Part shown: positions 30,580 to 40,748 of the stretch, piece after piece
Position numbering within the stretch: the first letter of the stretch is position 1
Layout of the letters: every line of letters begins with the position of its first letter
Assembly (NCBI GenBank): GCA_963765765.1
Contig: CAVXYC010000027.1
Location: 32,001-96,000 of the forward strand
DNA length: 64,000 nt
Source of the DNA: an uncultured Chloroflexia bacterium
GTDB taxonomy: Bacteria > Chloroflexota > UBA6077 > JACCZL01
Direction of reading: 5' to 3'
Notes under the pieces: generated by a model
What the model saw: only the letters and a program-made list of their open reading frames with translations
The model's database searches: none
Told to the model about the DNA's origin: nothing
Made by a program: the position numbers and the translations under genes

Positions 30580-31476
30580 TTAGACCTGCCGAAGTCGGGG
30601 ATCGAGCTGATCACGCAGCCAATCACCAAGCAGGTTCATGGACAGCGTTACGAGAAGAATAGCCATACCAGGACACATTGCAATCCACCACGCCGCCACG
30701 ATGTGATCGCGCCCGTCAGAAACCATGACGCCCCAGCTTGGCTGTGGTCGCGGAATACCCGCGCCCAGGAAGCTCAGCGTCGCCTCGAGCAATATGACGG
30801 TGCCAACCTGCAGTGTCACAAGGACAATCAGCGTGTTCACAACGTTCGGTAACACGTGACGGAACATGATTCGAATCGGTGAGCTACCTGCCACTTTGGC
30901 GCGCGCGATGAAGTCCTGCTCCTTGATCTGCAGGACCTCCGCGCGCACCTGTCTAGCGTATCTAGCCCATAAGAGGAACGAGACCACTGTGATGACTGTA
31001 ATAAAGCCTGGCCCCATCACCAGGACGAGCACAAGCGCCAACAAAATCAACGGCAGCGAGAGAGTGATGTCAATGAGCGCGGTGACAATGTTATCGAGCC
31101 AACCGCCGAAATAGCCTGAGGCGAGCCCGGCAACGATGCCGATAGTCCCGCCAACGAAGATAGCTGATAGTGAGACACCGAGTGAGATGCGCGCGCCGTG
31201 AATCAGTCGGCTCAAGACATCTCGACCTTGTTTGTCCGTCCCCAGGATGTACTCCGAGGAGCCACCTTCCATCCACATGGGTGGCGTCAATCGTTTGACT
31301 AAGCTCTGCTCCAGCGGATCGTGCGGCGAGATCTGATCCGCGAAAAGCGCGGGAATGACCAGGAACACCAGCAGAAGCGCGACAGGGATAATCGGATAAC
31401 GTTTGAGTTTTGACCAGAACGTGAAGCTGGGAACACCGACTATGGCTCTCGGGGCGGGCAGTGTAGCTTGCGCCAT
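30580..31476 (-). CDS. Peptide ABC permease (OppC/DppC-like)
   Basis: LGTDKQGRDVLSRLIHGARISL, LSFLGAG, PSWG. Confidence 0.93.
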   Translation of the reverse strand: MAQATLPAPRAIVGVPSFTFWSKLKRYPIIPVALLLVFLVIPALFADQISPHDPLEQSLVKRLTPPMWMEGGSSEYILGTDKQGRDVLSRLIHGARISLGVSLSAIFVGGTIGIVAGLASGYFGGWLDNIVTALIDITLSLPLILLALVLVLVMGPGFITVITVVSFLLWARYARQVRAEVLQIKEQDFIARAKVAGSSPIRIMFRHVLPNVVNTLIVLVTLQVGTVILLEATLSFLGAGIPRPQPSWGVMVSDGRDHIVAAWWIAMCPGMAILLVTLSMNLLGDWLRDQLDPRLRQV

Positions 31477-31499
31477 GTATGCGTCTCCTCTTCTTCCTT

Positions 31500-32420
31500 C
31501 TAGGTGTACCTGACTCGCGGGTCGATGTAGGCGTATGCGATGTCGAGAAGCAGATTCATGAAAACAAACATTGCCGATCCTAGAAAGGCGACCGCCTGCA
31601 CCACCTGGTAGTCGCGAGCATTGACCGCCTCGAGAGCGAGGAGACCCACGCCTGGCCACGAGAATACTGTTTCGATGGTGACCGAGCCAGTAATGAGCTG
31701 CACAATGATTGCCCCAAAAAACGTGATGGGAGCAATGGAAGCATTCTTGAGTGCATGCTTCCAGATTACCTTATCCTCAGGCAGCCCCTTCACTCGCGCC
31801 AGCTTCACAAACTCCGTATCCAGAACGTTCAGCATCGACGAACGAATGAGGCGCATCAACGCCGCCACGGAGAACCACCCCAACGCGATTCCCGGAAGGA
31901 TGATGTTCTGAATACCGCCACGGCCGGACGTGGGGAACCAGCCAAGATTCGCGGCAAAGACCCAAATAAGTACGATGCCAAGCCAGAACTGCGGTAGGGA
32001 CTGGCCGAGTAAGGCGATCATCTTACCGCCCATGTCCATCCATGTGTCTCGCTTGGTGGCAGAGAGTACACCAATAGGGACCGCCAGGAGAATGCTGAAG
32101 ATGATGGCGAACGCGGCCAGCTCGAGCGTTGCGGGCAGCCGCTGGAGCACCAGGCCCATCGCGGACTGACCTTGCCACTTGAACGACTGACCGAAATTGC
32201 CCTGCACGGCATTCGTAATGAAGGTGAAGTACTGCTCGTGCAGCGGACGATCGAGGCCCCAGAGCTTGGTAAGTCGCTCAAACGCTTCAGGTGGCGCTTC
32301 AGGCGGCAACAGTACGTACAGAGGATTGCCAGAGATACGGGCCATCATGAATACGATGAGGCTCACGCCGAGAAGAGTAATGACACTCTGGCCGAGCCGA
32401 ATCAGAATGTAGCGCTGCAT
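31500..32420 (-). CDS. Peptide ABC permease (OppB/DppB-like)
   Basis: GLDRPLHEQY, RLPATLEL, ARVKGL, ETVFSWPGVG, YAYIDPRVRY. Confidence 0.93.
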   Translation of the reverse strand: MQRYILIRLGQSVITLLGVSLIVFMMARISGNPLYVLLPPEAPPEAFERLTKLWGLDRPLHEQYFTFITNAVQGNFGQSFKWQGQSAMGLVLQRLPATLELAAFAIIFSILLAVPIGVLSATKRDTWMDMGGKMIALLGQSLPQFWLGIVLIWVFAANLGWFPTSGRGGIQNIILPGIALGWFSVAALMRLIRSSMLNVLDTEFVKLARVKGLPEDKVIWKHALKNASIAPITFFGAIIVQLITGSVTIETVFSWPGVGLLALEAVNARDYQVVQAVAFLGSAMFVFMNLLLDIAYAYIDPRVRYT

Positions 32421-32526
32421 CGTTGAGCCTCGCTTGTCCTCATCTTCGAGAATGCTGGGGGATCATTAGCTTCGGTGCTCGCGCTCTCCAAACGCGGCAC
32501 AGGTCCGTGGATCGATACTAACCGGT

Positions 32527-34040
32527 TCAATCGTCACGCGCCAGAATATTGGCGCCTCTAAAGGGTAGCGGCTCAGCGATGAGCTGACGAATCTGGTCCA
32601 CGATGTCACTCCGGTTGTAACCAAGATACAGGTTGGTCTTGTTCCGCGTGATATCTCCTCGGTGCCAGTACTCGTAGATCTCCTGTCGAGCTCCGAACCC
32701 ATCCGCCGCAAGATCCCAGGCAAGGCGGAACAGACGGGACTTTTCATCAACGTCAATATTTCGACCCCGCATGTATCGTTCCAGAAACGGGCGCAGCTCA
32801 GGATTGCGAGATCACGCTCGCTTGGCTGCATGATGATGCCCGAAGCCCCTATCTTCCGCAGAATCTCGAGCACTCGCCCCGAGAACTGTGCTCCAAAGAT
32901 ACCCAATGGTTGCCCTGGTGCGGGAGCAAAAAGACCACCGGGCGTCATTGCTCCGCCGGACTCCATGCCGGCGAGACCAAGTCGGAGGACCTCCGAATAC
33001 ATGATCTGCTCGCCCATCACATCGCGGATCTCACGGAAGCCGTCGACGCCAATAGCTTCCGCGATCATCGTCGTCACACCGATGAAGGTGCGCCAACGGT
33101 ACCAGAGACGACAGAGGCTGCTGTAGCTGCTCCACGGCGTGATTTGCCCGAGACCGCGTAAAGCAAGCGGCCCATCGTAGAGCAGGAAGACCCGCTCCCA
33201 CGGGATCAGCACGTCGTCGAAGAACAGCATCGAGTCCTGCTCGTCGTACCGACTTGCAAACGGGTGTGCGTGCCCATCCGCGGTCCACTCGAGCGAATGG
33301 CGGCACAGCGTCTTCAACCCGGGAGCATTCATTGGCAGCGCGAACCACAGGACGAACTCTCGAGCGCCACGCAGCGCGAACGAAGCCGAAAGATACGAGA
33401 GCACTTCGTTCGAGATCGGGGCGAGCGTGGCGAGCTGCTTGGCCCCGCGGACCACGACGCCGTCCTCCGTCTCTTTTACGATTCGCAGACCAAGGTCGGG
33501 CTCATCGACGACGTTGCTGGATCGATCGATCTGAGGGTCCCCGAGCGCATGCGTAAGAGCCAGATCGTTCTCAGCGCAATATCGGTAATAGTCAACCGCG
33601 TGCTTGCCGAAGCGAGGATCGTTCTGTTCAAGCTCGGCTCGAAAGTTGTACAGGCCCACGCATACGTTGGACATGAAGTCCGGGGCCCGACCGATCTGCC
33701 CGAAGCTCTCTCGAAACCACGCTTCGGAATTTCGGCGCTTTAGTCGAAGGTCCTCGAGCGAACGCGGGAGAACGTAGGACCAGCTCATCCGATTCCCCGT
33801 CTCGGCCGAATCCACCGTCATCACATCACGATACTGATCAGTGAATTGAAGATCGTAGAGTCGCGCCATCTCGTGGATGGTTCCCTGGAATGCCGGGTGC
33901 GTTGTAACGTCAACGCGCTCACCGTCGTACCAGACCTCACGACCGTCACGGAGGCTTTCGATGAATCGCTCGCCGGTCATGGCACCCCGGGCTGACGAAG
34001 TGACCTCGGGGACCATCTTGTTCATTTCCGCGACGGGCAC
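32527..34040 (-). CDS. 4-hydroxyphenylacetate 3-hydroxylase-like (HpaB family) flavin monooxygenase, frameshift near 32800
   Basis: TGERFIESLRDGREVW, GRAPDF, DPQIDRS, VVRGAK.LAT, SRYDEQDS; C-terminus RLFRLAWDL...GARQEIYE in a second frame. Confidence 0.88.
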
Positions 34041-34142
34041 ATTGTGCTCCTTTGAGCGGCGGATGAAATCCTGGACTTGACTCGACTCGTCCAGAGCCGT
34101 GGGAGAGATTTGAAGAGCTCGCCAGCGCTTCTAAGTCGGATT

Positions 34143-34655
34143 CTACGTCGCCGCGGGCTCCCAGTCTCGGACGCCGCGGTAATTGCCATCGAAGTACACC
34201 AGGGGTGCCCCATCCATCGACCCTGCGCCAACGACCGAGCCAATGAAGATCGTGTGATCGCCGTCGGCGTGAAATTCCTGCACTTCGCAGTCAAAGTAAG
34301 CCAGGCTGCCAAAGATCACCGGCGCTCCGGACTGATCCACGACTGTTGGAACATCGGGAAACCCGTCCGATGCGCGCTGCGGCTCCCGACTTGGCGTGGC
34401 GAAGTATTGGGAGACCGAGCGCTGCTCCTCGCGCAGGATGTTGACAGCAAAGCGGCCTGAACTAGTGATCATGTCCGTCAACCGATTGCCCGTTCGAATG
34501 CAGACCAGCACGAGCAAGGGGTCAATAGACAGTGTGGAGAATGCGGATACGGTCAGACCGTAGATAAGGCTATTCTCCTCCGTGGTCACCACGGTGACCC
34601 CGGAAGCAAATCGCCTGGCGGACTGCTTGAATAGTTCGGCGTCGGCTTTTGCCAC
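34143..34655 (-). CDS. Flavin reductase (HpaC-like)
   Basis: FASGVTVVTT, SIDPLLVLVC, FAVNIL, GDHTIFIG, PLVYFDGNY; GTG start after AAAGGAG. Confidence 0.92.
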   Translation of the reverse strand: MAKADAELFKQSARRFASGVTVVTTEENSLIYGLTVSAFSTLSIDPLLVLVCIRTGNRLTDMITSSGRFAVNILREEQRSVSQYFATPSREPQRASDGFPDVPTVVDQSGAPVIFGSLAYFDCEVQEFHADGDHTIFIGSVVGAGSMDGAPLVYFDGNYRGVRDWEPAAT

Positions 34656-34862
34656 CCGCGCTCCTTTCATCGGCGCTCCACGGACTGGCGCCCGCTGGAC
34701 TGCCACTGAGGTCGAATTAGCAGAGCATTCTAGCATCAACACTGGTCGAATGCGTGTAATGATTTCGCATCCTGGAATGCGTTCCACATCACGGTAGACC
34801 GACCATTGTTCCGCTAGATATGCACTCGGAACTTTTCGTCAAAGTGCAGGAATGCGATGCCA

Positions 34863-34963
34863 GAACGACCCCACCCCAGCCCTCCCCGCTGCGGCAGGGA
34901 GCGGATTCTCGAGATTTCTGTTACGCTCCTGCCGCAGCGGGGAGGGCTGGGGTGGGGTCGTTC
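34863..34963. repeat. REPIN-like element (CCCCACCCCAGCCCTCCCC family)
   Basis: Near-perfect inverted arms of about 40 bp: gaacgaccccaccccagccctccccgctgcggcagg / cctgccgcagcggggagggctggggtggggtcgttc. Confidence 0.82.
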
Positions 34964-34976
34964 CTGGGGTCTGGCC

Positions 34977-36722
34977 CTAGCTCGCCGCCGGCTTGATGTT
35001 CTGCACGTGCGTCCACGTACCGGTAATCGACCCAGGGAACACCCAATCACTGACGACCTTGGGATTCACGACAATCTCTGCCGGCAGCCAGAACAGTGGC
35101 GCGTGCATCTGCTTGTCGAACATCGCGTTACCCATCTCACGAAGTGCCGCGTCCTGCTGATTGTCCTCGAGCGTGGCTCGCGCCTTGTCCAACAGACCAT
35201 CAACCGTCGGATCCTCGATGGCCCCGCCGCGTGGACCACGAGACGTTGTGTAGGCCGTTGAGCCAATATAGATGAACGAGCTGGTGCCGCCGATCAGCAT
35301 GTGGTTGTCGAATCCGCGCTCCCGCTGGCGAGCCGCTCGCTGGGCGGCGTCCATCTGAACGCGCTCGACATTGATTCCCACCTTCTCCATATATCCGGCA
35401 ATCGCCTCAGATACGTCGTCAGCGCCGGCAAACTGTGGAAGGTTCGCAATGTGCACGTTCGTTGAGATGGGCTTTCCTACCTCGGCCAGCAACGCGCGAG
35501 CCTTAGCGGGATCGTAGCCATACTCATCCGGGAAGCGCTTCTCCCAGTCCGGATTCCAGCCAGAGCGTGTCGGATGGTAGTGATTCAGAATCATGGGCTC
35601 CGCTTTGCCAGCAAAGAATGCCTTGTTGAGCTCATCGCGATTAATCGACTTGTTGATGGCCTGCCGAACTTTGATGTCCGCAAGCGGAGAGTTCGGATAC
35701 TTGTAACCCTGCGACGGGTCTTTGATGTCGTTCAGGAAGCAGCACTGGAAGCTCATGAACGTGCGCAGGCCTGCATTCTGGCCGGTGATAACCTTCATGC
35801 CCTTTCCTACCGCGTCCTTGAGCTGATCCTCGGGCAGTACCGCCATCTGCACTTCGCCGGCCTGCAGCGCGGCAAGTCGAGTAGACGCTTCCTGCCGAAG
35901 ACGGAACTCGAACTCGGGGAAGTCGGCATTTGCTCGCCAGTGCTGGAATGGCACTTTCTCGAACAGAATGAATTGAGACTGCTGGCGCTGCTTGAACTGG
36001 TACGGGGCGGTGCCTGCGTACGGCTCAGTCTCCATCGTGGGTGCGCCCATCTTGTCAGCATGGGCCTTACTTCGGATCTCCATGCCGTATTCCGGTTCAC
36101 CGACAGCTCTGAAGAAGTTGCCGTCCACTCGATTGAGATGGAACACAACCTCGTAGTCGTTGACCGCCTCGATGTCTTTGACAATTCCGCGCCAATACGG
36201 CGATTCGCCGTGCTGTGAGTCTTCTTTGGCAACGTCCTGCCAGGAGAAGATCACGTCCTTGGCGGTGAATTCACCGTTGCCCTTGTGGAATTGAACGCCA
36301 TTACGGAGCTTGAATCGGATGTCTTGGCCGCTGTTCTCGACTGCCCACTCCGTGGCGAGCTGAGGCTCGAGAGCGCCCGTCTTCGCATTCATACCCACGA
36401 GGTACTCGTACATTGGCTTGAGCTGCCAGGCGATTGTCTGACCCAGATGGCGGATCTCGTTACTCTCCAGACCACTGGGAGCTGGCAGCGCGATGGCGAC
36501 CCGATTGACCGATGGCTTTACTGCCGCGGCCGGGGCATCCTTGGCGGGAGCATCCTTCGCGGGCGCGGCCGGAGCGCTCGTTGGGGCTTTAGCGGCGGGC
36601 TCCGTCTTGTCTGCCGGCTTCGCCGGTGCTGCCGCGGGCGAGCCACAGGCTACGGCGAAAGCCATCCCGAGCAGAACGGCCGGCGTAGCCGCCATCTTCA
36701 CTGCCCAATGCCGAGTCAACAT
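34977..36722 (-). CDS. ABC solute-binding lipoprotein family 5 (OppA/DppA-like)
   Basis: AVAC lipobox, PAK linker, PQLATEW, FKLRNGVQFH, YDPAKARALLAE. Confidence 0.9.
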   Translation of the reverse strand: MLTRHWAVKMAATPAVLLGMAFAVACGSPAAAPAKPADKTEPAAKAPTSAPAAPAKDAPAKDAPAAAVKPSVNRVAIALPAPSGLESNEIRHLGQTIAWQLKPMYEYLVGMNAKTGALEPQLATEWAVENSGQDIRFKLRNGVQFHKGNGEFTAKDVIFSWQDVAKEDSQHGESPYWRGIVKDIEAVNDYEVVFHLNRVDGNFFRAVGEPEYGMEIRSKAHADKMGAPTMETEPYAGTAPYQFKQRQQSQFILFEKVPFQHWRANADFPEFEFRLRQEASTRLAALQAGEVQMAVLPEDQLKDAVGKGMKVITGQNAGLRTFMSFQCCFLNDIKDPSQGYKYPNSPLADIKVRQAINKSINRDELNKAFFAGKAEPMILNHYHPTRSGWNPDWEKRFPDEYGYDPAKARALLAEVGKPISTNVHIANLPQFAGADDVSEAIAGYMEKVGINVERVQMDAAQRAARQRERGFDNHMLIGGTSSFIYIGSTAYTTSRGPRGGAIEDPTVDGLLDKARATLEDNQQDAALREMGNAMFDKQMHAPLFWLPAEIVVNPKVVSDWVFPGSITGTWTHVQNIKPAAS

Positions 36723-37029
36723 TTTCGTCACTCCGTGCAACCAGTTGGTTGATTTCGGAACACGTGCGGACCGCACGCTTCCCATCCACAGGCGAGACGG
36801 CTCTCGCCCGTTAAAAAGTGCATCTCCAACATCGAGGACACGGGAATCAGTCGTCAAGTATTAAATGGAATCGTTCAACATCTTCGAACGAAGCCTACGA
36901 GGCACCCGCGCCGTTCATTCGTAAGAGGGTCTCTTCGGTCTTACGTGCGGCGTGGTCGTGAGTTTGAGGTCCTGGCTAGGACTCGAGACTCAGGCCAACA
37001 GATCCGTGGTTGAACCCGGGCGGGTCAGA

Positions 37030-37392
37030 TTAGCAACCGTGGAAAGGATAGACACCCAGAGCCGGGTTCTCAACGGCGATACCGCTCTTTACGGCGTGGT
37101 GATAGAACCGCCGCAGCACCAGCAGCTTGTGTGACACAACGCGCGGATCCAGGCCTTCGGTCGCCAGCAGGCGACGATAGTGGCGGATGTCTACGACCGT
37201 CGCTTCGGACACGCGGATCTGGCGCTCGTGGCACCAGAGCAGCCACGCGGTGATGTGCGATCGATAACCGGGCATCGCCACAGGCGAAGAGCCATCGTCG
37301 GCCAGGTGGTCGCGCAGGAACGCTAAAAACGCCTGCTCTCGATCATCGGCGGTGGTCGTCTGGGACGCACGTCCGGGGTGCGACGCATCCAT
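37030..37392 (-). CDS. Stand-alone phage-integrase/XerD N-terminal SAM-like (core-binding) domain protein
   Basis: FLAFLRDHL...Y...WLLWC...DIRHYRRLL...VSHKLLVLRRFY...ENPA, then stop; no catalytic domain follows. Confidence 0.7.
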   Translation of the reverse strand: MDASHPGRASQTTTADDREQAFLAFLRDHLADDGSSPVAMPGYRSHITAWLLWCHERQIRVSEATVVDIRHYRRLLATEGLDPRVVSHKLLVLRRFYHHAVKSGIAVENPALGVYPFHGC

Positions 37393-37594
37393 CTGCCTGC
37401 CTCGCTTTCTGAGCGATGCCCTATCTGCTCTGGAGTCTAGCACCCGGTGGCCAACGGATCAATTATCCCGCCGGTGATGCGGCCGTTCTCGAGAACACCG
37501 CCCCAGCGCGTATTTCGAAAACCGCTCATCCTTTAGGAGTAGTCTTGTCCACTTAGCACTTGAGTCGCGCCAACAGGAGGCGCATCTTTCACAG

Positions 37595-39343
37595 CTAGCG
37601 AGTGCCGCTCAAGCCAACTCGCAAACCGAGCAATCGCGCTGTCACTGCAACCCCAACCGTCATAAGTAGGATGAACACACCAATGACCGAGGCGGCCTCG
37701 AAGTCATTGTGAGAGAGAAGGTTGAGCTGGAGAATTGACAGCGGCTGATTTCCTTGCGTCGCCAGGAGTGCTACATGGCTCGTGGACGCGGCCGCCGAGG
37801 CAAAGGCCAGCACGCCGACCGCGGCAATCGCTGGTGCAATCAAAGGCAGAATGACCCGGCGAAATCCGTACCACCATGAAGCACCGCTCGCCCAGGAAGC
37901 CTCTTCAAGCTCCGCCCCAAGCTGCAAGAGGTTGCTTTTGATGATCTGTGAGGTTAGCGTGATACTGCCCAGCGTAGCCACCAGGACAAGCAGGAAGGTC
38001 GTTCCGTAAATCGGTCGAAGCCACGGTGTCCCGAGAAAGAGCCAGAGATAGCCGAGACCGATCACGATGCCCGGGAAGGTAGAGGGTAACCACACCAGGA
38101 AATCGAGTGCGCCCCGACCGCCAAACGCGGAGCGGACGACGATGTACGCAACGGCGGAGCACAATGCCATGGCCAGCAAGGAAGCTCCACCGGCAATCAA
38201 TATCGAGTTCAGCATCGCGCGCATGAAGTTCGCGCTGCTGAGCGCCGTTCGCCAGTGCTCCAGTGTCCAGGCATCAGAGATGCCGAACTGACCAAAAATC
38301 TTCATGAATGTGCCCATGACAACCAAGCCAATTGGCAATACGGTGATGGTCAGCACCAGGGTCGCCACCAGTCCGAACAGTGGCCATTTCCACGAGCCAA
38401 GCTTAGTTTGCTGCGCTCGAAATTTGCCCGACACCGTTGCGAACGAGCGTCGACTTGTGTACCGCTGCTGAGCGATCACCAGCGGAAGCATGATCGCCAG
38501 AATCATCAGGCTCAGAACTGTGGCTTCGCCGAATTGAAGTGGCGGGCGCAACACTGAGCGGTAGATAAGCGTGCTGTAGACATCAATGTTGGCTGGCGTA
38601 CCCAGGACGAGCTCAATCTCGAAAGCCTCGAGAGATCGGATCATTCCGATGAGTAAGACCACCAGCACAGTTGGCGCGATCAGAGGGATCGCCACACGAA
38701 AAAGGGTTCCGAACGTGCCAGCACCGGCCGTACGGGACGCTTCTTCTAGCGACGCGTCCATATTGCGGAATGCCGGCGTGAGAAGCATGACCTTGATCGG
38801 CAGTGTTCCCGTGACCAGATGAACCCAGACGATGCCCCACCACGAAAAGACGTCGAACGGCCCGCGACTAATGAATGGGACCTGCTCAAGCAATCGATTC
38901 AGGAGACCACCGTGACCGTCCAAGAGCATGATCCAGCCGAGCGTCACTGTCAACGACGGCAGAAATACGGCCACCCAGAAGCCAAACTCGAACCAGCCGC
39001 GCCCCGGCAGATCCGTCCGAGCGAGTAGCCATGCCAGCATGATGCCCAGCACGATGGCGATTCCCTGACGCGTCACAGCCAGGCTCATAGTGTTCCAGAC
39101 AGCAGCCAAAATCCCCGGTGTCTCGAAGGCCGTTCGCCAGTTGTCCAGCCCCCAGTGCGTTGTCCGCCCTAGAGGTCCTACCTCGAAGCTGTGGAGTAGC
39201 AAGAGCAGGATCGGATAGACCACCAGGAAGCCGACGGTCAACAAGATTGCGACGCAGAGGGTTGTTGAAAGAGAAATCCGCCGGATCGACGGCAGGCTTA
39301 TTCTCGATCTGACTGGGGACGTTGCGGGACTTACGGCGGCCAT
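37595..39343 (-). CDS. ABC permease, Fe3+/thiamine (FbpB-like) type; paralog of 798-2525
   Basis: ARTDLPGRGWFEFGFW and two EEAS loops. Confidence 0.92.
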   Translation of the reverse strand: MAAVSPATSPVRSRISLPSIRRISLSTTLCVAILLTVGFLVVYPILLLLLHSFEVGPLGRTTHWGLDNWRTAFETPGILAAVWNTMSLAVTRQGIAIVLGIMLAWLLARTDLPGRGWFEFGFWVAVFLPSLTVTLGWIMLLDGHGGLLNRLLEQVPFISRGPFDVFSWWGIVWVHLVTGTLPIKVMLLTPAFRNMDASLEEASRTAGAGTFGTLFRVAIPLIAPTVLVVLLIGMIRSLEAFEIELVLGTPANIDVYSTLIYRSVLRPPLQFGEATVLSLMILAIMLPLVIAQQRYTSRRSFATVSGKFRAQQTKLGSWKWPLFGLVATLVLTITVLPIGLVVMGTFMKIFGQFGISDAWTLEHWRTALSSANFMRAMLNSILIAGGASLLAMALCSAVAYIVVRSAFGGRGALDFLVWLPSTFPGIVIGLGYLWLFLGTPWLRPIYGTTFLLVLVATLGSITLTSQIIKSNLLQLGAELEEASWASGASWWYGFRRVILPLIAPAIAAVGVLAFASAAASTSHVALLATQGNQPLSILQLNLLSHNDFEAASVIGVFILLMTVGVAVTARLLGLRVGLSGTR

Positions 39344-39450
39344 TGGGTGCTCTACTGCCAGACTCGATGATGTAGCAAGCGGGAGAACGAAGGCTTGACA
39401 GTCCTGGCGCGATTGTTACGGAGTGTCAAGCCTCAGTTCCCGGGCTCTCG

Positions 39451-40590
39451 CTAACGCGGAGCGTTCTTCGTTAGCGCCAGTGTCTTATTTAGCACGGCGT
39501 CACCAGATGCGGTGCCCTGGATGACTTTGTACTTGCCCATGTTTGGATAGTCCGGCGTATCGTCCGGGTTGTAGACCTTCACGTCCAGGCGCCGACTGCT
39601 CGATTGAACGGTGGAGGTGGATGCCCACGTGTCCTGCCCTTCCTGACTTAAAAACCAAGCCAGGAAGACCTTCGTGGCATTGGGATGGGGAGCGTCCTTC
39701 AACACGCTGATCCCATTGGCAAGTACCGATTGGCCAAAGCTCACGCGCTCCACATTCTTCCCAACGCCACCTTCTTGAAGATCGGCAAGATGCGTCACAT
39801 CGGCGCCAAAGGCAATCGCGTAACGTCCCTGAACGACCCATTCGGTTGCCTGCCGACTCGTCTCGACCTGCACCATCTTCTGATCATTCACAAGCTTCTT
39901 CACGAACGCCTCGTCCTTTTCCGCCATAATTGCCGCCAGGCTCATGGTCGCGGCATTGGAAACGCTCAGAATCTGGCTCACGAATTTTCCGCTGTATTTC
40001 GGGTCCACCAGTTCATCGACGCTTGTGAGCGTTCCCGGGGGAATGAGCTCCCGATTGATGAGTATCTCGCCGCCCAGTGAAAGCTGATTGACGAATGACA
40101 CTGGATTCGCCGGGTCGGTGAACAGCTCGAACCCACCGGCCCACTTACTAGCGTCTCGCGATTCGGCGGGAAGTGAGTCCAGGAATGGGGAGATCGGCTG
40201 GAGCGCTCCAGCCGGTGTCAGCACAGTGAAAATGTTGGAAAGCGGTCCAACGTGCAGGTCCCAGAGGTACTGTCCGTTCTGTTGCTCAACGATAGAGCGA
40301 GCCGTGAAATCGCTGGCCTTCATCGAGGTCGCCTGAATCTGAAGCCAGGGGAATTTCTTCTGTGCCTTCTCAGCGAACTCGACATAGCCTGAGCCAACGT
40401 GCGTGGCCAGGACGAGCGTCCCTTCCGCACGAGCGGCGGACTCAATGTCAGGCCAGCTCGCTGGACCCGCCACCGGGGCATTCGCCTGAGGAGCTGTGGC
40501 TCCAGCACTGCAAGCGGCTAGCCCTATGGTGACCGCGAGCGATGTCGCTGTGATAAATAATCGAAGAACTGGGCTGAGACTCCTGGGCAT
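39451..40590 (-). CDS. Extracellular solute-binding lipoprotein; paralog of 8585-9850
   Basis: LAAC lipobox, LVDPKYSGK, APHPNATKVFLAWFLS. Confidence 0.88.
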   Translation of the reverse strand: MPRSLSPVLRLFITATSLAVTIGLAACSAGATAPQANAPVAGPASWPDIESAARAEGTLVLATHVGSGYVEFAEKAQKKFPWLQIQATSMKASDFTARSIVEQQNGQYLWDLHVGPLSNIFTVLTPAGALQPISPFLDSLPAESRDASKWAGGFELFTDPANPVSFVNQLSLGGEILINRELIPPGTLTSVDELVDPKYSGKFVSQILSVSNAATMSLAAIMAEKDEAFVKKLVNDQKMVQVETSRQATEWVVQGRYAIAFGADVTHLADLQEGGVGKNVERVSFGQSVLANGISVLKDAPHPNATKVFLAWFLSQEGQDTWASTSTVQSSSRRLDVKVYNPDDTPDYPNMGKYKVIQGTASGDAVLNKTLALTKNAPR

Positions 40591-40748
40591 GGCTCACCAG
40601 CCTTTCATTCCTGGCGGTCTCCTCGCTAGCAACCCGTTCGCAAGTTACCTGACCAGGAGCTTCGTGCGATTAACGAGACGTTCTCACGATGTCAGACGAT
40701 GAGAATTGGTCCTCCCCAATGGAACAGCGAAACGAAAGCCGCGGCCCG

